64,000 nt of DNA from an uncultured Gemmatimonadaceae bacterium (GCA_963790305.1 CAWBOC010000009.1:416001-480000), one strand, 5' to 3'; positions 44,518-57,141 are shown, counted from the first letter of the stretch. Notes: generated from the sequence alone by a model not told the origin. A program made the numbers and translations.

Positions 44518-45665
44518 GCGAATCGGCGACGGTCCTGACACCGCAGCGCACCTCGCGCGCACACCTGGACCGCATCACGCTGCGCGATTTTCGGAACCTG
44601 GCGCCGATGGACATCGCGCTTCCGGCGGATGGGCTCGCCCTCGTCGGGGAGAATGGCCACGGCAAGACGAACTTCCTCGAGGCGATCTATTATCTGCAGA
44701 TTCTCCGCTCCTTTCGCGGCACGCGTGACGTGGACCTCGTCCGCTTTGGCGCCCCGGGCTTTCATGTCGCCGCCACGCTAGGTGAGGTAACCGCTCGGCA
44801 GATCGCCGTGGGCTTTCAGCGGCAGACGCGACGCAAGAAGGCCATGGTCGATGGCGGGGAGCCATTGAAGCTCGCCGACGCCATCGGCGCCTTCCCGGCG
44901 GTGATCTTCTCACCGGCGGACGCCGAGCTCGTGGCGGGCGCGCCGAGCGAGCGACGCCGGTTCCTCGACGTCATGCTATCGCTGACCTCACGCCCCTACC
45001 TGTCGGCGCTGCAGCGATACCGTGCGGCATTGGCCCGGCGCAATGCGGCGCTCCGGGACGTCGCCGGTGGACGGACCGACAGCGCCATTGAGGTGTGGGA
45101 GCCGGCGCTCGCGGATGCCGGCGCCGTGCTGTGGCGGAGCCGTCGCAGCTGGGTGCGCACGCACGCCGAGGAGTTCGCCGCGTTGTGCGCCGCCATCGGC
45201 GAGCCGGGGCAGAGCGCGTTGCGGTACGTGACTCCCCTCGACTGCAGCGATGAGGAGGTGGAGCAGGTCCTGGTGGAGGCGTTCGCGCGCCGGCGCACTG
45301 TCGATGTTCAGCGCGGGATGACGCACGCGGGACCGCATCGCGACGACCTCGAGCTCACACTGGATGACCGTGATCTTCGTACCTTCGGCTCGGCGGGGCA
45401 GCAACGCACCGCGGCGATCGCGCTGCGACTGCTGGAGGCTGCGACGCTGCGCGCGGCGGCCGGAGCCGAGCCCATTGTCCTGCTCGATGATCCGTTCGCG
45501 GAGCTCGACCAGCGCCGGACGGCGAACATTCTGCAATTGCTGCAGGGTGACGGGCGCGGTCAGACGATCCTCGCCGTCCCGCGGGCGACGGACATTCCGG
45601 TCGACCTCACGCGCCTCGATCGCTGGCGCGTGCAGGATGGTCAGCTCACGCCGGGCGCACGATGA
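44514..45665 (+). CDS. recF: DNA replication/repair protein RecF
   Basis: FRNL, GENGHGKTN, RRRFLD, GPHRDDL, GSAGQQR, LLDDPFAELD. Confidence 0.95.
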   Translation: MSESATVLTPQRTSRAHLDRITLRDFRNLAPMDIALPADGLALVGENGHGKTNFLEAIYYLQILRSFRGTRDVDLVRFGAPGFHVAATLGEVTARQIAVGFQRQTRRKKAMVDGGEPLKLADAIGAFPAVIFSPADAELVAGAPSERRRFLDVMLSLTSRPYLSALQRYRAALARRNAALRDVAGGRTDSAIEVWEPALADAGAVLWRSRRSWVRTHAEEFAALCAAIGEPGQSALRYVTPLDCSDEEVEQVLVEAFARRRTVDVQRGMTHAGPHRDDLELTLDDRDLRTFGSAGQQRTAAIALRLLEAATLRAAAGAEPIVLLDDPFAELDQRRTANILQLLQGDGRGQTILAVPRATDIPVDLTRLDRWRVQDGQLTPGAR

Positions 45666-45985
45666 AGGAACGCAAGGGCGTTCGAAAGAAAGATCGGCCT
45701 CGCCCGATCGGTGAGGCGATCACGAGCTTTCTCGAGCGCAGCGGAATTTCGCGTCGTGTCGAGCAGGCGTCGGTGATCCCGGAATGGCCGGAGCTGGTCG
45801 GACCGCAGATCGCGCAGGTCACGGAGCCGCTGTCGATTGCGCGCGATGGGACGCTGTTCGTTGCGGTGAAAACCAGCGCGTGGATGAACGAGCTGTCGCT
45901 GCTCGAACCCCAGCTTCTCGCGTCCATCAATGCGAAAGCCGACCGCGCGCGCGTGGCGCGGATCCGCTGGCAAATGATGCGCTAA
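45662..45985 (+). CDS. DUF721/DciA family protein
   Basis: WPELVGPQIA...GTLFVAV..SAWMNEL; lies between recF and gyrB. Confidence 0.85.
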   Translation: MKERKGVRKKDRPRPIGEAITSFLERSGISRRVEQASVIPEWPELVGPQIAQVTEPLSIARDGTLFVAVKTSAWMNELSLLEPQLLASINAKADRARVARIRWQMMR

Positions 45986-46068
45986 CTCCTTGAATGTTGG
46001 TACTTTAAGGTTTACATTTCCCTGTTCCCTCCTGCCCGCCGATTCGGTATATTTTCGGTATCCCATAG

Positions 46069-48024
<1,956 letters not shown>

Positions 48025-48027
48025 GCC

Positions 48028-48078
48028 GAACGCGGAATTCGGAATGCGGATCCTGATGATTCCGTATTCCGAATTTCG
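48028..48078. repeat. GCGGAAT 7-mer inverted-repeat element (copy 3), between convergent genes
   Basis: gcggaattcggaatgcgga-loop-tccgtattccgaatttcg. Confidence 0.75.
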
Positions 48079-48080
48079 GG

Positions 48081-49412
48081 TCAGGTTTCGTAGGGCTCGA
48101 CTCCCGCCATGGTGACGCGGTGAGAGACGAGCGGCAGCGGCGGCTCGGCCTCCTCGGCGATCGTGATCGCCTCACGCAGCGCCGCACGGCCCGTCTCGAT
48201 CCCTGAGGGATCGCGCGCGAAGATCGTCGCGAGGGGCTCTCCTTGCTCCACCCAATCGCCGGGCTTGGCCGTTATCACGAAGCCGACCGCCGGATCGACC
48301 ACATCGTCAATGCGTTGGCGTCCGCCGCCGAGCGCCACGATGCCGCGGCCGATCGCCCGTGGCTCGACGCGCGCCACGAAGCCGCGGCGGGGCGCGTCAA
48401 ACAGCTCGCAGGCGCTCGCCTGCGGGAGTACCGAGGGATCATCGACGACGCTGCCGTTCCCCCCCTGCGCGTCGATGACCTCCCGCATCTTCTCGGCTGC
48501 GCGTCCGCTCGAGATGGCGACTTCCATGTCACGCCATGCGGCGTCGCGCGAGGCGGCGACGCCGGCGACTTGCAGCATTTCGGCGCCGAGCGCGTATGTC
48601 ACCCGCATGAGATCCGGCGGCCCTTCTCCCCGCAGCGCGTGAATGGCCTCCTCGACCTCGAGGGCGTTTCCCGACGCGCGTCCCAACGGACGGTCCATGG
48701 CGGTGACGAGCGCGACCACTGGACAGCCGTGATCGGCCCCAAGCTCGATCATGGTGCGCGCGAGGTCGAGGGCCCGCTCGAGATCGGGCATGAATGAGCC
48801 TGAACCGCGCTTCACGTCGATCACGAGACCGGTGAGGTCTTCCGCGAGCTTCTTGCTCATGATGCTCGACGCGATGAGCGGGATCGATTCCACCGTCGAC
48901 GTTGCGCTCCGCAACGCATAGAGCCTCTTGTCGGCGGGCGCGATCTCTTCCGTTTGCCCGATGAGGACGCATCCGATTCGCTCGAGCTGAACGACGGACT
49001 GGCGAATCGTGAGATCGGTGCGCATCCCCGGGATCGATTCGAGCTTGTCGAGCGTTCCCCCGGTATGACCGAGCCCGCGTCCGCTCATCATCGGCACCGC
49101 GACACCGAGCGAGGCGACCAGCGGCGCAAGCACGAGCGACACCTTGTCGCCCACGCCGCCGGTGGAGTGCTTGTCGACGCGCGGCGTCCGGAGATGCGAA
49201 AGGTCGAGGCGAAGGCCGCTCGCCATCATCGCCTCGGTGAGCGCGCCCGTCTCCGCCCGGTCGAGCCCGCGCAGGAACGCCGCCATCAGAAGGGCGGCCA
49301 TCTGGTAGTCGGGCACGTGTCCCGCCGCATAGGCAAGCACGAGCGCGCGCCACTCGCCCGGCTCGAGGCGACCCCCGTCTCGCTTACGCTCGATCAGGCG
49401 CTGCGCGAGCAT
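48081..49412 (-). CDS. Thymidine/pyrimidine-nucleoside phosphorylase
   Basis: DKHSTGGVGDK, SGRGLGHTGGTLDKLESIPG, SIMSKK. Confidence 0.94.
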   Translation of the reverse strand: MLAQRLIERKRDGGRLEPGEWRALVLAYAAGHVPDYQMAALLMAAFLRGLDRAETGALTEAMMASGLRLDLSHLRTPRVDKHSTGGVGDKVSLVLAPLVASLGVAVPMMSGRGLGHTGGTLDKLESIPGMRTDLTIRQSVVQLERIGCVLIGQTEEIAPADKRLYALRSATSTVESIPLIASSIMSKKLAEDLTGLVIDVKRGSGSFMPDLERALDLARTMIELGADHGCPVVALVTAMDRPLGRASGNALEVEEAIHALRGEGPPDLMRVTYALGAEMLQVAGVAASRDAAWRDMEVAISSGRAAEKMREVIDAQGGNGSVVDDPSVLPQASACELFDAPRRGFVARVEPRAIGRGIVALGGGRQRIDDVVDPAVGFVITAKPGDWVEQGEPLATIFARDPSGIETGRAALREAITIAEEAEPPLPLVSHRVTMAGVEPYET

Positions 49413-49536
49413 CCGGAAGCCTGTGGGGTATGACATTCAGCATTGTTCGCTCGTCGCATTGAGTGCTCCACCGCCGGTCGTCGTCGAATCGCCGCACCAT
49501 CGTGGCGCGCCGATACGGCCTCCGCTAGTCTCCGCC

Positions 49537-50295
49537 ATGCGCCAATTCATTCTCGTTGCATCGCTCCTTCTGCCGTGCGCGCCGCTCTCGGCGCAGTCCA
49601 GTGATCACCTCATCCGGGGCGACGAAGCGTACGCCGCGCTGCGGGCCGTAGAAGCTCTGGCGCATTACGAGGCTGCGGTGTCTCAGGACTCCGCCAGCTA
49701 CGACGCGCTCTGGAAAGCTTCCCGCTCACTCGCCGATCTGGCCGAGTACGAGCCGGACAAGACGAAACGTGCCGACATGTACGTGCGAGCCGAGCGCCTC
49801 GCTCGCCTCGCCGTCACGGTGGATCCCGACGACGCCGAGGCGCACTTTCACCTCGCGCGCGCCGTCGGCCGAGTCGCGCTATCAAAAGGGCCGAAGGATC
49901 GCGTGAAATACGGGAAGATCGTGAGAGACGAGGCGCTCGAAACACTGCGCCTCGATCCAGATCATCCTGGGGGACTTCACGTCATGGGTATGTGGCACGC
50001 CGAGGTGCGCCGGCTCCCCGGTATCGCGCGTTTTTTCGCGAAGAGCTTTCTCGGGGGGCAGATTCTGGGATCGGCGAAGTGGGATGAGGCTGTCCGGCTG
50101 CTGTCGCGTGCGGTCGAGGTCGATCCGAACCGCCTGGCTCATCACCTCGATCTCGCGCGCATCTACCGCGACATCGATCAGCTCGAGCAGGCGCGAGCGC
50201 ACTATCAGCACGTCATCGACGGGACGGCTACGGACTACAACGACGAGCACTACAAGGCCGAGGCGGAGGACGAGTTAACGAGGCTGAAGCGGTGA
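49537..50295 (+). CDS. Secreted TPR-repeat protein
   Basis: Signal peptide MRQFILVASLLLPCAPLSA; repeated helical A..DP motifs. Confidence 0.75.
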   Translation: MRQFILVASLLLPCAPLSAQSSDHLIRGDEAYAALRAVEALAHYEAAVSQDSASYDALWKASRSLADLAEYEPDKTKRADMYVRAERLARLAVTVDPDDAEAHFHLARAVGRVALSKGPKDRVKYGKIVRDEALETLRLDPDHPGGLHVMGMWHAEVRRLPGIARFFAKSFLGGQILGSAKWDEAVRLLSRAVEVDPNRLAHHLDLARIYRDIDQLEQARAHYQHVIDGTATDYNDEHYKAEAEDELTRLKR

Positions 50296-50386
50296 TTGCG
50301 GATGCTGATTGCGGGTTGCGGGAGCCCCGGGGACCCGGAGGATAAACTCGAGCCACGGTCTTACCCGCAATCCGCAATCCGCAATC
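50296..50386. repeat. ATTGCGG/CCGCAAT 7-mer inverted-repeat element between convergent genes
   Basis: ttgcggatgctgattgcgggttgcgg ... ccgcaatccgcaatccgcaat. Confidence 0.72.
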
Positions 50387-50776
50387 TCAGTCGAGAATAT
50401 CCTCCACTTTCCAGCGTCCTCGGGTCGCGGCCCGGCGGGAGCGGCGCCGCAACCGACGCAACTCGTCGCGCAGATCATCCCAGCTGGCGTCGGCTTGGCT
50501 GCCCAGGCGACGCGCCCGATTGGCGATCCGCTCGCGCGTCTCCTCCCCGCTTTGCGGCGCGAGCAAGAGCGCCACTCCCGCTCCAACGAGGGCGCCGGCG
50601 ATGACACCGAGGCTCAGGATGCCCGCCCCGCGCCAATCCCGTTTCTCCTCCCAGCTCCGCCCCACCGGCTCGGCCGCCAAGGCCACCTCGTAGCCATCCT
50701 CCTCTTCGGTCGCGTACTCGGTTCGCGATCGACCTTCGGTCGTGCTGGTACGAAGAAAATCAGCAGATCGTCCCAT
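50387..50776 (-). CDS. YtxH domain protein
   Basis: GVIAGALVGAGVALLLAPQSGEETRERI; GGAGGAG RBS. Confidence 0.75.
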   Translation of the reverse strand: MGRSADFLRTSTTEGRSRTEYATEEEDGYEVALAAEPVGRSWEEKRDWRGAGILSLGVIAGALVGAGVALLLAPQSGEETRERIANRARRLGSQADASWDDLRDELRRLRRRSRRAATRGRWKVEDILD

Positions 50777-50996
50777 TTCGCGCACTCCTCCCTCTGGTAA
50801 GAATCTTGCTGGTTCTCGCGCCGATGCGCAGCGCGGGTCAGGACTTGGACACCCGAGCGATGCGGCAGCCGGTTTCCAGGCACGCCGTAGCGTATCGTGC
50901 TGGAGAACACGAGCTACCCCCAATCAACCTCGTCGTCGCCTCCCCCGCGGCTGGATCGAGGTCGCCACTACGGTCGATCTCGGTTTGAGGATTCGC

Positions 50997-51386
50997 ATGA
51001 CCGACAACTCCAAGACGGTGCTGCTGGTTGAAGACAACGAAGACAACCGCATCGTTTATTCCACCATCCTGCAACACTTCGGATATCGGGTCATGGAGGC
51101 GCTGAACGGTGAAGAGGGCATTGCGAAGGCACGCGCCGAGAAGCCCGATCTGATCCTGATGGACATTTCCATCCCGATCATCGATGGCTGGGAAGCGACC
51201 CAGGTCCTCAAGCGGGATCCGGACACCAAGCACATCCCGATCATCGCGCTTACCGCGCACGCGCTCGCGTCGGATCGCGAGAAGGCCATGGAGGTAGGGT
51301 GCGATAGCTACCTCGCCAAGCCGTGCGAGCCGAAGGCCGTGGTGAGCGAGGTGCAGAAGTTCCTCGGCAAACGCGATGGCCGCTGA
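50997..51386 (+). CDS. Single-domain response regulator (DivK-like)
   Basis: LVEDNEDN, LMDISIP..DGWE, ALTAHA, KP. Confidence 0.92.
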   Translation: MTDNSKTVLLVEDNEDNRIVYSTILQHFGYRVMEALNGEEGIAKARAEKPDLILMDISIPIIDGWEATQVLKRDPDTKHIPIIALTAHALASDREKAMEVGCDSYLAKPCEPKAVVSEVQKFLGKRDGR

Positions 51387-52386
51387 GAAGGCTCCCGTCG
51401 CACGGATTCTCATCGTTGACGATCACGAAGACAACGTAGAGGTCATCCGGGCCCGGCTCGAGGCGAGCGGCTATCAGATCGAGAGTGCTGCGGACGGCGA
51501 GGAGGCCCTGGAGCGAGTTCGCAGCTCACCCCCGGATCTGATCCTGCTCGACGTCATGATGCCCCGCATCGACGGGATGGAGGTCGCGCGCCAGATCAAG
51601 GCCGATCCGGCGCTTCCGTTCATCCCGATCATCATGCAGACCGCCCTCGACACGGTGCAGCACAAGGTCGAGGGGTTGGGCGCGGGCGCGGATGACTACG
51701 TCACCAAGCCGATCAACTTCGCCGAGCTCGAGGCGCGCGTGAAGTCCATGCTGCGCATCAAGCTGCTTCAGGACGAGCTCACGAGCGCCAACGAGCGTCT
51801 GGCGCGGGTCAACGAGGAGCTCCAACGCGTGGCGGTGACCGACGGCCTCACCGGCCTGCACAACCGCCGCAGCGTCGAGACCCTGCTGCACGAGATGTTC
51901 GAGCATTCCGTGCGCCTGCACGAGCCGCTCGCGTGCGCGATGTTCGACCTCGATCACTTCAAGTCGGTCAACGACACGTACGGGCACCAGGCCGGCGACG
52001 TGGTACTCCAGCAGCTGGCGGAGATCCTCAAGACGTCGGCGCGCGAGATCGACAAGGTCGGCCGCTACGGCGGGGAGGAGTTCATCATCCTGCTCCCGGG
52101 AACGGTGCTCGATGCCGCGGTGACGTTCGCGGAACGGACTCGTCAGCAAGTGGAGTCACATACCTTCACCTTCGAGGGCGGTTCGCTCCGACGGACGATG
52201 AGCTGTGGCGTCGCAGCCTTCCCGCATCCCCGCATCGGCCATCGCGAGGCGCTGGTGAAGGCCGCCGACGATGCGCTCTACGTCGCGAAGGGGCTCGGGC
52301 GCAACCGTGTGGTGCGCTTCGACAGCCCTGAGTTCAATCAGCATAGCGACGTCGTCGATGACCAGTACGCCAACCAGCTCCCCTGA
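51376..52386 (+). CDS. REC-GGDEF diguanylate cyclase (PleD/WspR-like)
   Basis: REC domain LLDVMMP; DGLTGL; I-site REID; GGEEF. Confidence 0.94.
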   Translation: MAAEKAPVARILIVDDHEDNVEVIRARLEASGYQIESAADGEEALERVRSSPPDLILLDVMMPRIDGMEVARQIKADPALPFIPIIMQTALDTVQHKVEGLGAGADDYVTKPINFAELEARVKSMLRIKLLQDELTSANERLARVNEELQRVAVTDGLTGLHNRRSVETLLHEMFEHSVRLHEPLACAMFDLDHFKSVNDTYGHQAGDVVLQQLAEILKTSAREIDKVGRYGGEEFIILLPGTVLDAAVTFAERTRQQVESHTFTFEGGSLRRTMSCGVAAFPHPRIGHREALVKAADDALYVAKGLGRNRVVRFDSPEFNQHSDVVDDQYANQLP

Positions 52387-53170
52387 CCTCAAGCTCGAGT
52401 CGCCAACCGAGCGCATCCGCCGCCTGGAGCAGCGGATCAAGGAGCTGGAGCACGAGCGGGATCATCTCGTCGCCGTCGTGCAAATTCTGCAGGAGATTTC
52501 GGCGTCCCTGCACTTCACCGACGTTCTGCAGGCGATCGCGCGGAAGCTGGGTGAGACGTTCGGGCTCGACCGCTGCTCGATCTATCTCACCGGCGACTCG
52601 CAGGACGTGCGCCTCGTGGCCAGCTACGAGGATCCGACGATCCGCAATCTCATCGTCGACCTCAACCGGTACCCGGAGCTCAAGCGCGCCTTCGAGTCCG
52701 GTGAAACGGTCTTCATCCCGGACGCCACGAACGATCCCATGATGCGCAGCGCCCGCGCGGCGCTGGAGCATCGCAACGTCCGCTCGATCATCGTGGTGCC
52801 AATCCAGTGGAGAAAGACCGTCATCGGGGCGATTTTCCTGCGCACCGAGCGCGAGGCGGCGCCCTTCTCCGACCGCGACGTCCGATTCTGCCAGGTGGTG
52901 GCATCGCTGACCGCCAAGGCGCTGCGCAACGCGCACCGCTTCGAGACGCTGCTCCGGTCCGAGCAGGAGAGCGCGGTCGAGGTCGAGCGCCGGCGGTCGG
53001 AGCTCCAGCGCATCGCGCTGGTGGCTTTCCTGCGCCGCCTTCTCGATCGGTACACGAACAGCGAGGATCACATGTGGGCGGAGACGCTCCTGCCGAAGGT
53101 GGCCGACGAGGAGCTGGAGCGGCTCGTCTCGGTGGCGATGGCTGTGATCAACGAGGAGTCCAAGGGGTAG
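52358..53170 (+). CDS. Coiled-coil + GAF domain protein
   Basis: LDRCSIYL, VRSIIVVPI..IGAIFL, FSDRDVRF GAF pattern; no output domain. Confidence 0.8.
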   Translation: MTSTPTSSPDLKLESPTERIRRLEQRIKELEHERDHLVAVVQILQEISASLHFTDVLQAIARKLGETFGLDRCSIYLTGDSQDVRLVASYEDPTIRNLIVDLNRYPELKRAFESGETVFIPDATNDPMMRSARAALEHRNVRSIIVVPIQWRKTVIGAIFLRTEREAAPFSDRDVRFCQVVASLTAKALRNAHRFETLLRSEQESAVEVERRRSELQRIALVAFLRRLLDRYTNSEDHMWAETLLPKVADEELERLVSVAMAVINEESKG

Positions 53171-53193
53171 AACGACGCGACTGGCGTATTTCG

Positions 53194-53226
53194 GGCGGCG
53201 CACCTAACGGGCGCCGCCTTTTGTTT
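53194..53226 (+). terminator. Rho-independent terminator
   Basis: GGCGGCGC-loop-GCGCCGCC followed by TTTTGTTT. Confidence 0.8.
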
Positions 53227-53349
53227 GCCTGACGACGCCATCCGTTTGCGCTCGAGCGCCTGCCTGACGACTTGCCCTCCCGGACTCGCGGCGTCATGAT
53301 GGGCTCGCACGGGCGACGGCGCCCGCCCTCCTTTCGTCAGGAGTGATCC

Positions 53350-55115
53350 ATGACCTCCCTTCCCACTCGGCGCGCATCCCCGCTCCTCGCGTTGGGGCTC
53401 GCCACCCTTGTCGCCGGCTGCGCCGACGGCGGGACCACCATCACCGCTCCCGTCTCCGCGACCGCGGTGGAGAACCTCGCGGCGGCCGATGTCCGACTGG
53501 CGGTGAAGGCGCAGGATCGCCACGCCGCGGCGCTCATGCGCACACCGGGCGTCGTGGGCACCGCCGTGGGGCGACTGCCTAACGGCCGCGTCGGCATTCG
53601 CGTCTTCGTGGCATTGGCGGCGACGCGCGACATCCCCCCACGGTCGACGGCATACCCGTCGCCACCGAAGTGACGGGACTCTTCGTTGCCCTCAGCGATC
53701 CCACGACGAAGCAGCGCCCGGCGCCTCTGGGATTCTCGGTCGGTCATCCCTCGATCACCGCGGGAACGCTGGGAGCGCGCGTCATCAGCGGGACAGGAAT
53801 CGTCCACATCCTCAGCAACAATCACGTCCTGGCGAACGGGAACAACGCGGCGGTAGGGGATGCCATCCTGCAGCCAGGGACGTTCGACGGTGGCACGACT
53901 GCCGACCAGATCGGCGCGCTCGCCGCGTTCAGGCCGATCGTGTTTTCGGGTACGGCGTCGAACACGATGGACGCCGCCATTGCCCAGGTAGATGGAAACG
54001 ACGTCGGCTTCGGGACTCCGACGGACGATGGGTACGGAGCACCGGGAACGGCACTGTTCGGCGACGCCGACGCCGACGGTGTCTTCGATGACAAGAACGC
54101 TCTGCTCGGCCTGCCGGTGCAGAAGTACGGCCGGACGACGAAGCTGACAAAGGGACAGATAACGGGCATCAACGCGACGCTGTCCATCTGTTACGAGGTC
54201 GTGTTCATCTTCTGCACGAAGTCGGCGCGGTTCGTCGACCAGATCATCATTGAGCCGGCGGGATTCAGCGGCGGCGGGGACTCTGGCTCGCTGATCGTCA
54301 CCGACGATGCGAACAAAAGTCCCGTCGCGCTGCTCTTCGCGGGAAGCTCGACGCAGACGATCGCGAACCGGCTCGACCTCGTGCTGGACTACTTCGACGT
54401 ATCGATCGACGGAGGCAACGCTCCCCCGCCAACGCCGCTGACCGACGTCGCCGTCACGAGCGTCAGCGCACCCGCCTCGGTGACCATAGGGGCAACCGCC
54501 GCGATCGCGGTGTCAGTTCGAAATGTCGGCAACCAGCCGGTTGCCTCGAGCTTCGATGTCACGCTGGTGGACGCGACGGATGCAGCAACGATCGGAACAC
54601 AGACCGTCGGCGGTCTCGGTGCTGGGGCGAGCGTGACACTCCAGTTCACGTGGAACACCACCGGTGCATCACTGGGATCGCACACGCTCACCGCGACGCA
54701 AGGCTTCTCGGATGAGAACGCCGCGAACGATCAGGCGTCGCGCACGGTGATCGTGAATTCTCCCAGCGTCGGCATGCACGTGGGCGATCTCGATGCCTTT
54801 CCCATGCGCGGCGCGACGAGCTGGTCGGCCACGGTCGAGATCGCCGTCCACGATGCGAGTCACAATCCGCTGAACGGCGCCACCGTCGTGGGGAATTGGA
54901 GCCGTACGGGACTGAACGCCAACACCTGCACCACTGGGAGCGGTGGCGGCAACGGGACGTGCATCGTGCTCTTCCCATCGATTCCGCTCAGCGCACCGCA
55001 GATCCGCTTTACCGTAACGCGAGTGACAAAATCGGGCTCGACCTACCAGTCCGGCGCGAACCACGACGCCGATGGCAACAGCAACGGAACCTTCATCATC
55101 GTGGCGCGGCCCTAG
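53350..55115 (+). CDS. Lipoprotein trypsin-like serine protease with pro-domain and CARDB/Ig-like C-terminal domains; -1 frameshift in the C-run near 53640
   Basis: Lipobox LVAGC; triad LSNNHVL, MDAAIA, GGDSGS; CARDB-like DVAVTSV..VRNVGN. Frames join as DIP-x-TVDGIPVATEVTG. Confidence 0.8.
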
Positions 55116-55131
55116 AGGCCGCGTACGGGTG

Positions 55132-55464
55132 ATGCGAACGCCGATTCAGCTTGCTGCCGGTGTACTCGCCTGCGCAATCGCGGCGTGCACCGGCAGCGGG
55201 ACGCGGCAGGAGACCAGAGTGCCATCGCGCAGTATCGAGCAGGTGCTGGCAACGCATACCGATTCCCTGATGTCGCTCCCGAGCGTCGTCGGAACGGCGA
55301 TCGGCGTTTGTGATGGTGAGCCGTGTATACGGGTCTTCGTCACCAATTCGACGGTCGCGAGCCGGCGGATGATCCCGACTCGCCTGGATGGGTATCTCGT
55401 TCGCGTCGACGTCACCGGCCCTTTTCGACCGTTGGAGGACCCGTCACCGAGCCGCGCACCCTGA
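55132..55464 (+). CDS. Small lipoprotein homologous to the pro-domain of the upstream protease
   Basis: LMSLPSVVGTAIG..IRVFV..IPTRLDGYLVRVDVTG vs LMRTPGVVGTAVG..IRVFV..IP.TVDGIPVATEVTG; lipobox IAAC. Confidence 0.7.
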   Translation: MRTPIQLAAGVLACAIAACTGSGTRQETRVPSRSIEQVLATHTDSLMSLPSVVGTAIGVCDGEPCIRVFVTNSTVASRRMIPTRLDGYLVRVDVTGPFRPLEDPSPSRAP

Positions 55465-55468
55465 ACGG

Positions 55469-57031
55469 TCACCGCCGGCGCCGGCGCGTGCCGCCGAGCA
55501 GGGCGCCCATGAGCCCACGGGTAACCACGCCGGCGACCGTTCGGGCAAGCGGCGAATTCAGAGCTTGCTCCAACGCGCTTCGCGGCTCCCGCGTTGAGCG
55601 CGAGCGCTCGGTTCTCGTCGTCGATGCGGGCTCTCGGCCCGGTACGTCGTGCGTCGAAGACTGAGCGGCGTCGGCTGCTCGCGCAGCCAGCATTTCTCGC
55701 GCGCTCTGGCGGTCGACGGAGGCGGCGTACTCTCTCACTTGCGCCGATGCGCCCAGGCGCTGGCTCATCTCCGGTTCGGTCAGCGGGCTCATGCGCGACC
55801 TCGGCGGAATCATTCGCACGGCAAAGGGTGGCGTGGGGACGCCCTTCGTGTTCAAAACCGTCACCAGCGCTTCACCAATGCCGAGCGTGGTCAATGTCTC
55901 CTCGATGTCGTAGAACGCCGTCTTCGGGAACGTGCGCGCCGCGGCCCGCAGGGCCTTTTCGTCATCGGGGGTGTAGGCACGCAGCGCGTGCTGCACCCGG
56001 TTGCCCAACTGTGCGAGGATGTCGGCCGGAACATCCTTGGGGCTCTGCGTGACAAAAAAAACACCGACGCCCTTCGAGCGAATGAGACGGGCCACCTGCT
56101 CGACCTGCTCCTTGAACGCGGTGCTCGCGCCTTCGAACAGCAGGTGGGCCTCATCGAAGAAGAAGACCAGCTTCGGCTTGTCGAGGTCGCCCGCTTCGGG
56201 GAGCGTGTGGTAGAGGCGGGCGAGCATCCACATCATGAACGTCGATGACAGCGCTGGCTTCTCCTGGACGTCCTGCAGCTCGAGCACGCTCATCACTCCG
56301 CGACCGTCCGGCGCGACCTGGAGGAGGTCATTGAGATCGAACTCGGGCTCTCCGAAAAACGCGCCCGCGCCCTGCTGCTCGAGCTCGACCATCTCGCGAA
56401 GCAGCACGCCGACCGTCTGCTTGGACATGCCGCCGTACTCGGCGAGCTCCCCGGCGCCGGCGCCAGTCAGATGCTGGAGGACCGCGCGCAGGTCGCTGAA
56501 GTCGAGGAGCAGCAGTCCGCGGTCGTCGGCGTACTTGAAGACCATTGCCAGAACCGACGCCTGCGTCTCGTTCAGACCCAGGACCTTGGCGAGGAGAAGC
56601 GGCCCAAATGAGGACACGGTCGCGCGCAGCTGGGCACCGCGGGCCCCGGTAAGGCTGAGGAATTCCACCGGGTAGCCGTTCGGCGTCCACGCGAACCCTG
56701 TCTCGGCCGCACGCTGCGTGACGCGCGGAGATGCCTCGCCCGGCGCCGCGACTCCGGACACATCGCCCTTCACATCGGCGAGAAAGACCGGAACCCCAGC
56801 GGCCGACAGCTGCTCCGCGATGAGCTGGAGGGTCTTGGTCTTTCCCGTTCCGGTAGCTCCGGCGATCAGCCCATGTCGATTCATCATGGGAAGCGGGAGT
56901 CGTACCGTCGGCTCGGGATGTGCGGCGCCACCGTGCACAATGGCTCCAAGCGTGAGGGCGGTCTGTTCCGCTGGGAACGCACCGCGCGCCGCATCAAGTA
57001 CGTTCTGGTCCACGCTACTACTCCTGTTCAC
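55469..57031 (-). CDS. DUF853/YjgR HerA-like ATPase
   Basis: NRHGLIAGATGTGKT, DVKGD, FFDEAH, IRSKGVG, LGNRVQHALRA. Confidence 0.92.
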   Translation of the reverse strand: MNRSSSVDQNVLDAARGAFPAEQTALTLGAIVHGGAAHPEPTVRLPLPMMNRHGLIAGATGTGKTKTLQLIAEQLSAAGVPVFLADVKGDVSGVAAPGEASPRVTQRAAETGFAWTPNGYPVEFLSLTGARGAQLRATVSSFGPLLLAKVLGLNETQASVLAMVFKYADDRGLLLLDFSDLRAVLQHLTGAGAGELAEYGGMSKQTVGVLLREMVELEQQGAGAFFGEPEFDLNDLLQVAPDGRGVMSVLELQDVQEKPALSSTFMMWMLARLYHTLPEAGDLDKPKLVFFFDEAHLLFEGASTAFKEQVEQVARLIRSKGVGVFFVTQSPKDVPADILAQLGNRVQHALRAYTPDDEKALRAAARTFPKTAFYDIEETLTTLGIGEALVTVLNTKGVPTPPFAVRMIPPRSRMSPLTEPEMSQRLGASAQVREYAASVDRQSAREMLAARAADAAQSSTHDVPGREPASTTRTERSRSTREPRSALEQALNSPLARTVAGVVTRGLMGALLGGTRRRRR

Positions 57032-57141
57032 GCAACATTGGACCGGGAAATTATCGACGGCGACCCCGCTTGGCGAACCGGGCCTTGGCCGCTGACCCTG
57101 CTTCGCACCAGATTCCCCTCTCTCCCCTCGCCCTTGCCCTT

